64,000 nucleotides of DNA, from assembly GCF_001194135.2 (NCBI RefSeq), contig NC_068987.1:5969365-6033364 (forward strand), in the 5' to 3' direction. The notes under the pieces are model-generated. The model was given only the letters and a program-made list of their open reading frames with translations. It had not been told where the DNA came from and did no database searches. The stretch is from Octopus bimaculoides (lineage: Eukaryota). A program made the translations under genes and the position numbers. Shown here one piece after another: positions 26,400-39,254 of this stretch (positions are counted from its first letter, which is position 1; each line of letters starts with the position of its first letter).

Positions 26400-26660
26400 A
26401 GTTAGAGCGTTGGGCTCACAATTAGTGAGTTCGATTCCCGGACCGGGCTGTGTGTTGTGTTCTTGAGCAAGACACTTTATTTCACGTTGCTCCAGTTCAC
26501 TCAGCTGTAGAAAGGAGATGCGACGTCACTGGTGCCAAGCTGTATCAGCCTTCGTCCTCCCCTTGGATAACATCGGTGGCATGGACAGGAGAGGTTGGTA
26601 TGCATAGGCGACTGTTGGTCTTCCATAAACAACCTTGCCCGGACATTCAAGGTTCAATCC
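26400..26660 (+). mobile_element. tRNA-head SINE with Meta/MESC-type central domain and a distinct 3' tail
   Basis: GTTAGAGCG...GAGTTCGATTCCCGG, then TCTTGAGCAAGACACTTTATTTCACGTTGCTCCAGTTCACTCAGCTGTA (MetaSINE/MESC-like core). The tail is unrelated to the family A tail. Confidence 0.65.
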
Positions 26661-26787
26661 TATGGTCATTCATGGCTGAAGGATGTCTTTACTCTTTTTA
26701 CACTTTAGAAAGGAATATATTATGATGCGGTTGCATCTAGGAAAGGAGAATTTTTGCAACTCAACATTATTGGCTTCCAAATATATT

Positions 26788-26997
26788 TATTTCTTTATTG
26801 CCCATATGGGGCTGCACATAGAGGGAACAAACAAGGACAGACAAAGAGATTAAGTAACTGGTGCTTATTTATTCAACCCCGAAAGGATGAAAGGCAAAGT
26901 CGACCGCGCTGGAATTTGAACTCAGAACGTAACGACAGACAAAATACCGCTAAGCATTTCGCCCGGTGTGCTAACGTTTCTGCCAGCTAACCGCCTA
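26788..26997 (-). mobile_element. SINE family B variant with alternative 3' end
   Basis: Family B head and core plus TTTCTTTATTGCCC...GGGGCTGCACATAGAGGGAACAAACAAGGACAG, also seen at about 56425-56480. Confidence 0.8.
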
Positions 26998-27944
26998 GAC
27001 GACCAAAATATATTGAAAAGAAATTACTCTATGAGAAGTTTTATTCTCTCCCTTTTTTATATTTTTACGCTGGGGTCGAATATTTAACATTCAGAATTAA
27101 ATATGCACTTTTGTAAATGGAAATGTATTTCTAAAATAATCTATATTTAAATAGGTTTTAATGAACAAGCTAAAATAATCACTTTATTAATACTGCTATA
27201 TTTTTTCATTTAGCTAAATGAAAAAACATTTCAAGAATATAAAGGAAAATTTATTCTGCCAAAAAGTTGGTATCGCTTTCTGTGAATATTTAATGTAAGA
27301 ATATTTAAATATTAACGAAACAAATGACCAAAAAGAGGATAAATACGAGTCAAACAAAAGTTGTGTTTAGAAACAAAGAAATATAACGACAGCTAGAGAA
27401 GAAAAGGCTTGAAGTGGTATGATGTTGAATACTATTATGGTTTCTAAAAATATATTGAACTGAAAGGAGACAAAATTGAAAAGAAAAAAATAGTGAATTA
27501 TTGAAAATAAATTTTTATTATTAAATATATAAATAGGCCGATGTACCAAGTGAAAGTCTTACACCTATCCACACGCATCCATTCAAGTAACACACACACA
27601 CACACACACACATATAGGGTGTTCAAAATGTCTCTCCGCAATACGTATTTTATTGCAAAATTTGAGAAAATTTGGTTTTCCTTTCCCTCTTTCTGTTGTA
27701 TGTAACAATCGTCTTCTTTACTCTGTCACTGCAGTTCTGAATCCCTGAGTTCGAATTCTATTCCTGCTCCACGCTGAAAGCTTTGCAGATTCCAGACGTT
27801 CGTTTATTTTTCAGTTTCTTTCACTCATTCTTTATTTTTCATTTACATCTTCGCTACTTTAGAAATCATTCTACGTTCCTTGCTTTTTCTTTCTCTCAAT
27901 ACCCACCAATTTACAACAGCTTCTTCCTTCAACTAATTTTAACC

Positions 27945-28010
<66 letters not shown>

Positions 28011-29399
28011 NNNNNNNNNNNNNNNNNNNNNNNNNNNNNNNNNNNNNNNNNNNNNNNNNNNNNNNNNNNNNNNNNNNNNNNNNNNNNNNNNNNNNNNNNN
28101 NNNNNNNNNNNNNNNNNNNNNNNNNNNNNNNNNNNNNNNNNNNNNNNNNNNNNNNNNNNNNNNNNNNNNNNNNNNNNNNNNNNNNNNNNNNNNNNNNNNN
28201 NNNNNNNNNNNNNNNNNNNNNNNNNNNNNNNNNNNNNNNNNNNNNNNNNNNNNNNNNNNNNNNNNNNNNNNNNNNNNNNNNNNNNNNNNNNNNNNNNNNN
28301 NNNNNNNNNNNNNNNNNNNNNNNNNNNNNNNNNNNNNNNNNNNNNNNNNNNNNNNNNNNNNNNNNNNNNNNNNNNNNNNNNNNNNNNNNNNNNNNNNNNN
28401 NNNNNNNNNNNNNNNNNNNNNNNNNNNNNNNNNNNNNNNNNNNNNNNNNNNNNNNNNNNNNNNNNNNNNNNNNNNNNNNNNNNNNNNNNNNNNNNNNNNN
28501 NAAAAAAAAACTTTAGAAAATGTAAAAGGATAAATTCTTCATGAGAATAATGGCGGCATGGACCCATCTACTCTAACGAAACCGGTTTGGAGATCAGACA
28601 AATTGATTTCAAAGATGTACTCTTACGGAAATTACTATCAAAAGAATCAAATGTGTCTCGCAAATTGTTGCGATCATTAATCTCAACAGACAGCAGTCGC
28701 TTATGCATCCAGGGGATACCCACACTGATAAATGACACTCAGGTGGATCAGGAAGTACTGAACTATCTGACATAGAGACATTAGTTATAACAATATAGTA
28801 AATAATGTTGCAGCCTAATTTAGCTCTGGTACCCTTTCCAGTAAATTCACAGTAAGAGATTTCACGCAAAGCAAAAATTCACCGTAAGAAAAGTTCGCTG
28901 TATGGACAATTATATCAGCATTTTTAAGAATTGAAAAACTGATAAAAGGTTTTATAAAAGCATTTAATAGGGAAGGCCTTATTCAATGTCAATTATTTAA
29001 AGAAGAAAAACAATAAAGAAACACACGATGAGGTAGGTTATTTAAAATGAATTTACCTATTATAAAAATGTTTACGGCAAAATTTCCCGTGATCCTTAGG
29101 TGCAGTTGTAAAACTTTGAAGCGTAATGAAATTGTCGTTCGTCGCCGAGAATAATATGTACCAAAGAAGTTCAAGATTCATACATTCTAATCAATGAGTT
29201 CTGCTGATTTTGAAGGTTTTGGTTTCTAATACGCCTAAAATTAGCCCATGCTAATCAAATGCTTCAATTTCAAGTATTGTAAGTTTCCACACTTCAGTCT
29301 GAGAAAACTTGTTTGTTCCTAGACATTTTTAGATTGTTTGTTGAAGCTTGGAAAGCGAACTTGTTCTCATAATTCGTGTCCTCTATAGTAAAATATTGG

Positions 29400-29600
29400 T
29401 TCCCAATTCTGGCATGAGGCCATTGATTTCGAGGAAGCTGGCAAGTCGATTACAAGGACTCCAGTGACCAACTGGTACTTCTTTTATTGATCGCGTTAAG
29501 ATGAAAAGTAAAGTCGACCTCGGTGGAATTTCAATTCAGACGTAAAACCGGATGAAATGCCGCTTAGTATTTTGCCCGGCGTGCTAACCATTCCGCCAAC
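29400..29600 (-). mobile_element. SINE family B
   Basis: AAAGTCGACCTCGGTGGAATTTCAATTCAGACGTAAAA...GCCCGGCGTGCTAAC. Confidence 0.75.
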
Positions 29601-30625
29601 TTGTTGACTTCTCCGTTGCTAAAATATTAGTGTGAATTCTAATGAGTTGATAAAGGGTTGTTCTTAATTACTAAGGTTAACTCGGACCTGCGTGTTTGTA
29701 TGTTTTTGTATATATGCTTGCATGTGTGTTGTATGTTAAGGCGTAAAATGGCATAAAATGGCGAATATAACTTTTGTGTTAGAAGTATGTACAATCTGAT
29801 ATATATACGTATTATATACATGTATAAATTTATGTGCGTGTGTGTGTGCATTGTATGTATCTATATTCCTCTGTATATATATATATATATATNNNNNNNN
29901 NNNNNNNNNNNTATGTATGTATGTATGTATGTATGTATGTATGCATGCATGCGTGTGCCTCTGAATTGTGTATGGGCCTGTTCATATGGGAAATAACATC
30001 AATTACATTCAGAACCACGGTTTTGTTGAATGTATAAAATATATAGAAATTACTTTTTAATCCTTTGAGACTCGAAATCGATTGAAAGATCGATGAAATA
30101 AAAACAATGCTTCACAAGAATAACGAATGTATACCTTAAACAAACGTACACAGACACATGCACATACACATACATACACACACGCGCACAAAAGCACGCA
30201 TACACACATACACACGCGCAAAAACACACATACACATACACACACATATATTTCCTCTCTTTGCGGAGGTTACCAGCTACTTATTATCCCCTGGACACTA
30301 CCAAATTTTCCGACAATTTTACCATCGTTATATAACTTTATCACCTCTCTTGACTATTCCTCTCTTCGCAGAATCGATACACATTCACTCTCATTTTCGA
30401 AATTCAGTTTACACTTCTTCCCTTTGTTAAAAAATTAGCGATTTCTCCCTACGTAATTTTGCAATTTAGGGTGATCGGGCGGAATTGGATGATATCTATG
30501 CTTTCTTTTGTCAGGTACAGCTTGATGTATTCATGATTGTCAACGGCGTTGGAGAGCATTAAGATTAAAGTTGTATTTGAGAAAACTTTAGCTGATATGA
30601 AGGAATGAGAGCCAACGGAGTATTT

Positions 30626-30840
30626 TTTTCTGCTCTAGGCACAAGGACCGAAATTTTGGGGTAGGGGACCCAGTCGATTAGATCGACACCAGTATGCAAC
30701 TGGTATTTAATTTATCGACCCCGAAAGGTTGAAAGACAAAGTCGACCTCGGCGAAATTTGAACTCAGAACGTAAAGACAGGTGAAATACCGCTAAGCATT
30801 TCACCCGGTGTGCTAACGTTACTACCAGCTCGCCGACTTC
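30626..30840 (-). mobile_element. SINE family B, full length
   Basis: TTCTGCTCTAGGCACAAGG...CCCGAAAGGTTGAAAGACAAAGTCGACCTCGGCG...CCAGCTCGCC. Confidence 0.85.
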
Positions 30841-30874
30841 GTTATCGATAATGTTTATGTCTTTATTGCAATCA

Positions 30875-31030
30875 TATATATGACGAGCTTCTTTCAGTTT
30901 CCGTCTATCAAATCCACTCACAAGGCTTTGGTCGGCCCCAGGCTATAGTAAAAGACACTTGCCCAAAGTGGGACTGATCCCGGGACCATGTGGTTGGGAA
31001 GCAAGCTACATATTAAACCACTAATTCTGC
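30875..31030 (-). mobile_element. SINE family C, 5' part
   Basis: CTTCTTTCAGTTTCCGTCTATCAAATCCACTCACAAGGCTTTGGTCGGCCC...ACCATGTGGTTGGGAAGC. Confidence 0.8.
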
Positions 31031-31068
31031 GCCTAGCATGACTGAAACAAGTAAAAGAAGAATAAATA

Positions 31069-31069
<1 letters not shown>

Positions 31070-31144
<75 letters not shown>

Positions 31145-31300
31145 TGTACGTATGTATATATGTATGTATGTATATATATATATATATGAATATATATATG
31201 TATGTATATATATATATATGTATGTTTATATATATGTATATATGTATGTATATATAGATATATATATGTATATATGTGTGCGTGTATGTACACCTACACA
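31070..31300. repeat. Compound (TA)n/(GA)n/(TATG)n microsatellite
   Basis: Directly visible. Confidence 0.95.
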
Positions 31301-31929
31301 TATATAAAAACCTTTATCATTATTACTATGCACGTGCGTATGAATATATATTTGGATTGCACGTATATTTTTTCGCCTTATTTAAATAAATCTAATATAT
31401 ACAATGCTAGATTTTATGTTGTCTTATTTCAGCACAAATAACTTGTTCATAAATATTGTTTACGCGCATGTATGGTGTGTATATATATATATATTTATAA
31501 ATATATGTGTGCTTGTATGTGTGTGCATGTGTATGTGAGGTTTCGTGTGCGTGCGCGATTTTGCTTCCACATGTAAATTCGTTGCTTGGTGAGAAAGTGA
31601 CAAAGTTTATTACTTGTAAATCAAATTAAGTTTGCTGTTCTTTCGCAGGAATAAAAAACAACAAACCCTCTGTTTATGCATAAAAGTCATGAACATATGA
31701 TATGAGAAAGAATTGGAAACGCTTTCTCAAAAATAAAAGCAACAAAATACAATTGCGTTGATATATATTGTTGGAGCAATTACGAAGCCTAAATCGGCGT
31801 GTATCGCGCAGTAGAATAAATTCTCGTTGATCCGTTCCAGTTCGAGTGCTGTGGAAGCTGTGTCGTACGCGATATGTTTTATGGTTACAAGATTAGTCGA
31901 AGATTTCAAACTTCGTCTTCCAATGTATG

Positions 31930-32164
31930 TAGGTTATCATGACCACGCTTTGCATGGCTGTGTGGGAAGAAGTTTACTTTTTCAACGACATGGTTCGTGG
32001 TTCAGTCCCACTGCGTGGCACCATGGGCACTTAATTTTTCGACCCCGAAAGGATGAAAAGCACAGACGAGCTCGGCGGAATTTGAGCTCAGAACGTAACG
32101 GCAGACGAAATACCGCTTAGAATTTTGCCCGGCGTGCTAACGGTTCTCCCAGTTCGCCACCTTC
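31930..32164. mobile_element. Family C head (+, about 31930-32030) fused to family B 5' half (-, about 32035-32164)
   Basis: GGCTGTGTGGGAAGAAG...GTTCAGTCCCACTGCGTGGCACC runs directly into CGACCCCGAAAGGATGAAA...GCCCGGCGTGCTAAC. Confidence 0.7.
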
Positions 32165-32427
32165 GTTATCGATAACATTGCTTCCTCTCCGGAGACACCG
32201 ACCTAAATATATGTGTGTGTGTGTCTGTGTGTGTGTGTGTTTGTGTGTGTGTTTGTGTGTGTGTGGNNNNNNNNNNNNNNNNNNNNNNNNNNNNNNNNNN
32301 NNNNNNNNNNNNNNNNNNNNNNNNNNNNNNNNNNNNGGGGTGAGTGTGTGTGTGTGTGTGTGTATGTATGTATACGTGTATGTATGTATATTTTATAAAG
32401 CAAGTCCAAGCGTGTTTAACTGCAAGC

Positions 32428-32539
<112 letters not shown>

Positions 32540-33029
32540 TTGTGCTGTGTATCTATTATTTTCTTAATACAGCGTCACTGATAGGCTTAATTATCACTAA
32601 TGAATGAGCATATTCCAACGCTGGCTTACGTCCCTTCCGACATTTCATACATACTGTATTTGAGTTCTTCTTATAAACAGTGTTAACTCATCTAAAAATC
32701 CGAACCATCGTTCTGTATCGAGGTTAGTGATTGATTAATTGTATTTCATGAAAAGACTGGTTCGCTATGATATATCGACAAATGGAAGGTTTAATGACTC
32801 TTTGTATCCGGTAAGAGCAATTTATTCGAGAGGATTGTTCATCAATTATAAAGAAAAGAGGTGTAGATGAAGTTAGATGTGGTGTCGACGTAGATGAAAG
32901 AAAATGGCCAGAAAAAGATCAGAGATTATATAACGATCCAAATTTCGTTATCTGTTAACTGACTGGCTGATGAGGCAAAGATTGTGTGTTAATACCAGTA
33001 TTATCTTCTGTTAGACATTAGTCTGTGCC

Positions 33030-33155
33030 CATGCTGGGGTTCGGCTCTGAAGGATTTAGTCGAAGAACTAGCCACCAATACTTATTTCTCAAAGTCTGAT
33101 GCTAAGACAATCGGTCTCTTTTGCCGAATCGCTAACTTGCAGGGACGTAAATAAC
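33030..33155 (-). mobile_element. SINE family C, degenerate 3' part
   Basis: TTTAGTCGAAGAAC...CTCTTTTGCCGAATCGCTAAC...GGGACGTAAA. Confidence 0.6.
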
Positions 33156-33282
33156 TCCTAACGTAATCCCTTGGCCCTGTTTTCGTTTTACCACCTTTTT
33201 CACAGCAGACTCCGACCCGTTGGGCTCATCCACCTCTGACAATAGAGAGCAGTCGGCATATTCCCTTCCATATCGGCTAACA

Positions 33283-33366
33283 CTGATAAGCGTAAAGTTA
33301 TATAATCGGATTGCTGCCTAACACTCCATTGTATTGTTTACGCGAAACTGATTGGTAAGATCAGCC
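33283..33366 (+). ncRNA. Degenerate hammerhead-ribozyme-like motif (type I layout)
   Basis: CTGATAA, stem GCGTAAA/TTTACGC (7 bp), GAAA, stem CTGAT/ATCAG (5 bp), then GCC at the cleavage triplet. There are two deviations from the core consensus (G8>A, U16.1>C) and stem I is poor. Confidence 0.4.
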
Positions 33367-33386
33367 GTGATCGATATTTAATACTA

Positions 33387-33422
<36 letters not shown>

Positions 33423-34015
33423 ATATAGATATATATATATTAACATAGCTTAGGCGTACACCCCGAAAGAAAATAAGGAGTGAATTAAACAGCAGACGTA
33501 CACCCCAGAACAAGTGATGTGTTCAACTACACCTTGCGAATATCATTCAAAGTCTTTGCTGCGGAGAATGGCCATCGACATTCCACCCCAACAGCCACCC
33601 CAACATCGCAGGACACATTTCTCATATACAGTTATACTTTCATTTAATACTTCTAACAGTTTCACTTGTTCTCTCTTTCTGAAATTTTGTGAAATACCAT
33701 AAATCAAGTCGTTATGATTAATTGCTTATAAGAGGTGGTATTTACGACAGAGAGAGTAAAAGAATGAGAAACAGTAAACGAGTGCATGTCTGTGCTTGTG
33801 TTTAAAAGCCACCTCTCTCTGTTACTGTATATTCACTAATATACTTCCATAGAAGTAATAAACTTCACGTTTTATTCGTCTAATTCACACAAAATAATCA
33901 AACACAGAAACATAGAAGCAACAACACATCGGAAATCTTTGATTTGTTTACTTGTCTAGCTATTTATTTAAGTTTATTTTACATCGTTACTCACTCACAC
34001 ACCCATAAAACCCCC

Positions 34016-34049
<34 letters not shown>

Positions 34050-34999
34050 TATTCTTTAAAAAGACTAGCACTGACGGAGACTTCGAAGCTTCGACTTGCT
34101 ATGCCATCGTTGGACAGTCCTATGATAGCTTAACTTGTTGAGACTTCGAAGTGACTGCCAACAGTATTCTTGTTTAAGAATAATAAATTTGCGTTCTTCA
34201 AAAGTATAGAGTTACCCATCTAATTAATGTAAAAGCGCTTCTATTGTAACTGAACACGAAAACAAACATTAATATCTATATATCTATATATATATATATA
34301 TATATATGACTTATAAAATTGGAACTCACATTTGCAATTCATTTCAAAATGACGTTTTATCAAACAAGCAATAAAGAGTTTTCTGACATTTCCTGTCATC
34401 ATCAATCTTTTCAAAACAATTAGATGTGTCGTTTTCACTCAAATTAAAAGTATGAAAGCCACACAGGGGAAAAAAATTTATATTAAACGCTGATTCTTAT
34501 TTTCTCTTGGCCGACATTATACTTTCTCGCTCGGTAGGCATCCTTGTTTTATGACTGTACCCTGTAGTCACTGGGAGAAATGATGTATCCCAAGGGTTTC
34601 ATAAATGACTGATTGATCTCTGTGTTTATTCCTGCATTCTGTGAGTTTAAGTCATTTTTCTTCGGAATGAGGTGCCAAAACGGCTATGCCATAACGTCTC
34701 ATACCAGTATTCCATGTGCCTCAACAGAAATACTGAGGTATTTTATGTATATATATATATATATTTATATATGCATCATAAACAAGTGTTAACGTCTTTT
34801 TTTGTCAATATACTTGAATTGTATTTTACACTTCATGAAATCCATGGGACGGTTTTAGCCGTCAAGAAACCACGATCTTCTCCACCTAAATTTATTATTA
34901 GCCTGGAATCGAACAGTGTCGATAATTTTAATCTCAGGTTATGTACTGTATTGGAAATACCCTGTCCTTCTACCCTCCCATATATGTAAAATGATTATA

Positions 35000-35035
<36 letters not shown>

Positions 35036-35999
35036 CTTATATATATATGTGTGTGTGTGTGTGCGTATGTGTGTGTGTGTGAGTGTGAGAAGGAATACTT
35101 CAATATATTGTTTATATAGCGTTGTGTCTTCATAATAACGAATCGAATTTTTTTAAGAGATGTCGCTCGTTAAATATTTAGTTCAAAAATTACTTGAAAT
35201 TTTAAAATGTCTTCTCAGAGAACTGAAGAGATCAGCCTTTGTTACAAAGACTTCTAAACCGACGTAATCGGCTTTAATCTGATATTGTCTTGAAATCTTC
35301 TTTCCTTCTGAATTGTCTTTACGCCTTGAAATTTTCATTTAACCCCGAAATCTCCTTAAGATCTGCCATAACAGGTAAACTATAAGTCTCTTAAACTTGA
35401 CATTTTCTTTTACTCTGAAATCTCCCTTTAACATTTAGAAATGCAAAATTAAACATGAAAATATTATATTCAAATGCACTAAAATAGTTTAAGTAGTCTT
35501 AAACTAGCATTCTAGCAATCTTAAAGCATTTTTTGTTCTGTTATTGTAAAGTTTTATTGTCTTATAACAATAAAATATTTCTTATTCTTTAAAAGATTTG
35601 ACATTTTAGAAGCTATGCAAGCATGAAGTATTCTTCTTTAAAAGATTTTCAATTTACAAATAATAAACATAATGCCTGCCTTGTATCCCAACAATTGTAA
35701 ATCAGTTTTCATATTTTTGTCTTAGTTTGGAAATATTAGAAAACCATGTTTGTTTTCTTTATTTTAAGAAAGCATTATTATTTTTATAATTTGGCAAATG
35801 TGTCTTCTTTTAAGTGGGCGCAAATACAACTGTTTGTTATTTATTCGGTTCTGAAGTTTTTTAGTGACGTACTTTAACTATAAATAACCATAATTGTTAA
35901 AGAAAGGAAATTATTTCAGTTTGTAATTAAACACCTGAGCGTGAAATGGGTTCACCGAGAAATTAACAGCGGATTAGAGAGAACTTCAAAATAATAGAT

Positions 36000-36072
<73 letters not shown>

Positions 36073-36095
36073 CATACATACATACATACATACAT
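36000..36095. repeat. Graded tetranucleotide microsatellite (GACA)n-(GATA)n-(TACA)n
   Basis: Directly visible. Confidence 0.95.
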
Positions 36096-36414
36096 ATTGT
36101 CTGTGTTAACTACATCCCAAAAATGGAGCCTTGTATTTTTGTTGGAAACCGGCTCCCTCCTCAGTGGAAGATTTATAATAATAAAAATATAGAAGAGACA
36201 ATACATACATAGTGTGAGTGTGTATGTGTGCCTCTGTCTCAAATAGCATCATAGAGCGAATGTTTTCCAATTTGTGCCATATTTTAAATTGTTTACTTCT
36301 TGACGTAAAGTGATAATTAATTGCAAACAACTCAAAAGTAAGGGGAGATGCCAATTGTATATCAAGACTTTTACACTTGCTCAATTATCAAATGTTTCAA
36401 ACAAAATTATACAT

Positions 36415-36566
36415 TAGGCACAGACTTGGCTGTGTGGTAAGAATTTCGTTTCCCAATCGCATGGTTCCAGGTTCAGTCCCACTGCGTAGCACCTTGGGAA
36501 AGTGTCTACTTCTATAACCGGACTGACCAAAGTCTCGTGAGTGGATTTTGTAGGCGGGAACTGAAA
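36415..36566 (+). mobile_element. SINE family C, 5' part
   Basis: GGCTGTGTGGTAAG...GGTTCAGTCCCACTGCGTAGCACCTTGGG...GAGTGGATTTTGTAGGCGGGAACTGAAAGAA. Confidence 0.8.
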
Positions 36567-36693
36567 GAATCGAAAATATTGTTGAACGTTGGGAAGAAGT
36601 TGTAAAAAACAAGGGAGAATACATTATTGATTAATTAGTTGTTATTTTTTATTAAACCTTTTAAAAAATTTAAATTTAACAAAAATGGCGGGA
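36567..36693 (+). mobile_element. mariner transposase C-terminal fragment plus 3' subterminal sequence
   Basis: Translates as IENIVERWEEVVKNKGEYIID*, the typical mariner C-terminus (GI..L..RW..VV...GEY). Ends at an N gap. Confidence 0.75.
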
Positions 36694-36844
36694 NNNNNNN
36701 NNNATGAGTTAATGAGTCGTAAAGACAAAATGACTCTCCCCAGACACAACAAAATATGCTTCAACACACGAATTCACATAAAGAATCTTACAAACCAGAT
36801 ACAATAGCGAAGTATTTTCATTCAAACATCCGACCTATATATTC

Positions 36845-37210
36845 TTTAATTCTTTTCCTTGTTTCAGTCACTTGACTGCACACAGCCTTAAGGATTTCAG
36901 TCGAAGAAATTGACCCCAGGACTTATTCTTTGTAAGCCTAGTACTTATTCTATTGTTCTCTTTTGCCGAATTTATAGGTTACGGAGACATAAACACACCA
37001 ACATCGGTTGTCAAGCGATGGTGTGCGGACAAACACAGACACACACACATAAATATATACATATATATATATATTCATACGACGGGCTTCTTTCAGTTTC
37101 CGTCTACCAAATCCACTCAAACGGCTTTGGTTGGCCCGAAACTATACAGCAAGACTCTTGCACAAGGTACCACGCAGTGGGACTGAACCCGGAACTATGT
37201 GGTTGGCAAG
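36845..37210 (-). mobile_element. SINE family C, near full length
   Basis: Tail TTTCAGTCACTTGACTGC...GACCCCAGGACTTATTCTTTGTAAGCCTAGTAC, internal (CA)n/(TA)n, centre TTTCAGTTTCCGTCTACCAAATCCACTC. Confidence 0.85.
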
Positions 37211-37936
37211 CAAGATTGCAACACATAAAATCATACAGAGAAGCGAAAGTAACTAGTTTCAGCATGTTTTCCCTTTCACAATGGCGATATGCATCCTAAT
37301 TCTTTGGCGAAGCTAATTGTTTTTCAACAGGGACGTAACATTTACGATATCCGTATATGACGTTTCGTTACATATTCTTCTGTAGTTGACTATCAAATAA
37401 TTTGTTAATGGTCAACTGGACTTTTGTTTTATTATTGCTAATACATTTTATATATTTCATGTCCTGTTTTCTTTCTCATACGATATCAACCCGGATTTTA
37501 TAAGACCTACAAGGTGTTTTCTGATTGGCTACAGAGCTATAATGTCACAATTCTCTTAAACATACATTTTTTTAGAACAAACACTGCCAACAATAACAAC
37601 GTCTACGAGATAAAAGTATACTCATAAGAAGCGGAAACAAAGTGAAAACAACAATTGAAGAACAAAACAATAAGAATAATAACATTTCTAATAATATTTT
37701 TTTTATTTGTCAGAGGGGCATAGAGGAGGGGACATCACAAGGATGATCTACAATTTGTTTGGGGGAAAACAGATGAGGGGGAAAGTAGAGAAAAGAGAGT
37801 GAAATAGTGTTCAAAGTATGTGAATTCATGATGCAGACCACGTGGTGCAAGGAAAGATCCAATAGGGCCATTGAAGGGAACACGTAGATTCAAAATTTCT
37901 GATCACTAAAAACACGCGCACGAGACCATACGATAG

Positions 37937-38085
37937 GCACAAGGCCTAGAATTTTACATGGTGGGGCTTCGTCGTGAAAGGCAAGGTTGGCTTCAGGAGA
38001 AAAATAAACTCAGAGCGTGGAGTCAAAGGAAATGTCAGTAAATATTTTATACGGCGTGCTAACGTCTCTGCTAGTTCGCCGCCTT

Positions 38086-38087
<2 letters not shown>
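37937..38087 (-). mobile_element. SINE family B, degenerate
   Basis: GCACAAGGCC...GAAAGGCAAGGT...CGGCGTGCTAACGTCTCTGCTAGTTCGCCGCCTTA. Confidence 0.6.
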
Positions 38088-38165
<78 letters not shown>

Positions 38166-38210
38166 AATAATAATAATAATAACAACAACAACAACAACAA
38201 TCATAATAAT
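38087..38210. repeat. (GAT)n-(AAT)n-(AAC)n trinucleotide tract
   Basis: Directly visible. Confidence 0.95.
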
Positions 38211-38213
38211 AGT

Positions 38214-38365
38214 ATGCACTACTGGGCACTGCACACATTCTACGCAAAACACTTTCAATACAGTAACCATAAGAGCATCACAGCAAACCACAGCACATAC
38301 CCAAGGCACACTCAGCTGCGCTCGGTAGTGAAGTGAAAGCACGTTATAAAAATAAAACTACTGAA
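38214..38365 (+). mobile_element. Extreme 3' end of the same R4/Dong-like family 1, inside (TAA)n
   Basis: ALLGTAHILRKTLSIQ* plus a 3' UTR nearly identical to the reverse complement of 21953-22105. ATAATAAT lies upstream and (AAT)n runs to about 38440 downstream. Confidence 0.85.
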
Positions 38366-38382
38366 TAATGATAATAATAATG

Positions 38383-38442
<60 letters not shown>

Positions 38443-39254
38443 CACTGCTCTCTCATTCAATAATAATAATAAATTTCCCATACCACCTCTCAGATCTTAC
38501 CTAAACTTTGTCTTCTGTAGTATTTCACTCAAGGGGATCATTCCCAGCACAAAAGGCAGTGGAGATGCACTGTCCTCCTGGAAAATTCCTCTCTTGATTT
38601 TCACCTCTCCTAATACATGTTTCCCTGCTTAGTTGCTGACGATATGCTTAGTTGCTGACGAGCAGGATTCAAAGTGTGCGGAATCATAGCCATAGCTTTG
38701 AATTATTCACCACTGGAAAATGTCTCGCATTGTTAATGATACGTAGGCGTGCGCTGAAGCTGTGACATCTGAAGGTTCCTGTATAACGAGTGGAACTTGT
38801 TATTAGTGACACACCTTCTCAAATCTGGCTTCTTCAAAAGGACCTGTCGTTCTGGGTTAAGCGAAGACCAAGACAGGATGACTAGCATGTATCTGAAATG
38901 CCGTGAGAGGTTCGCAGTTATCTACCCATCGGTCAGTCCGATCGATAGCGTATCAACCGTTGCATTATATATACACACGAGGCTCTGACAAAAATGGTTG
39001 AATGGAGAAAATTGATAAAACTTCGATAGAAAGATAAAAGTTGAGAGAGGAGTGCTGCCTATAAGGATTTTACTGTCCAGCAGGTACAAGTGCCGAGAAT
39101 GGTCAGTGTGGATGGCCCTACTCCTAACATGGCCCTATGAAACAAAGAATACAGTTGGACAAGATGAATTTGGTCTTGTGTGGTCAGTGTAATCCTAGAG
39201 GAAATCAACATAAAATATGTGTGTGTAAGTGCTTATATCTATATGTATAATCGA

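Noticed and set aside
28551-28775. 74-codon open frame (LEIRQIDFKDVLLRKLLSKESN...) as a gene or PLE piece
   Set aside because: No motif I can anchor, and the length is within chance expectation for 64 kb in six frames.
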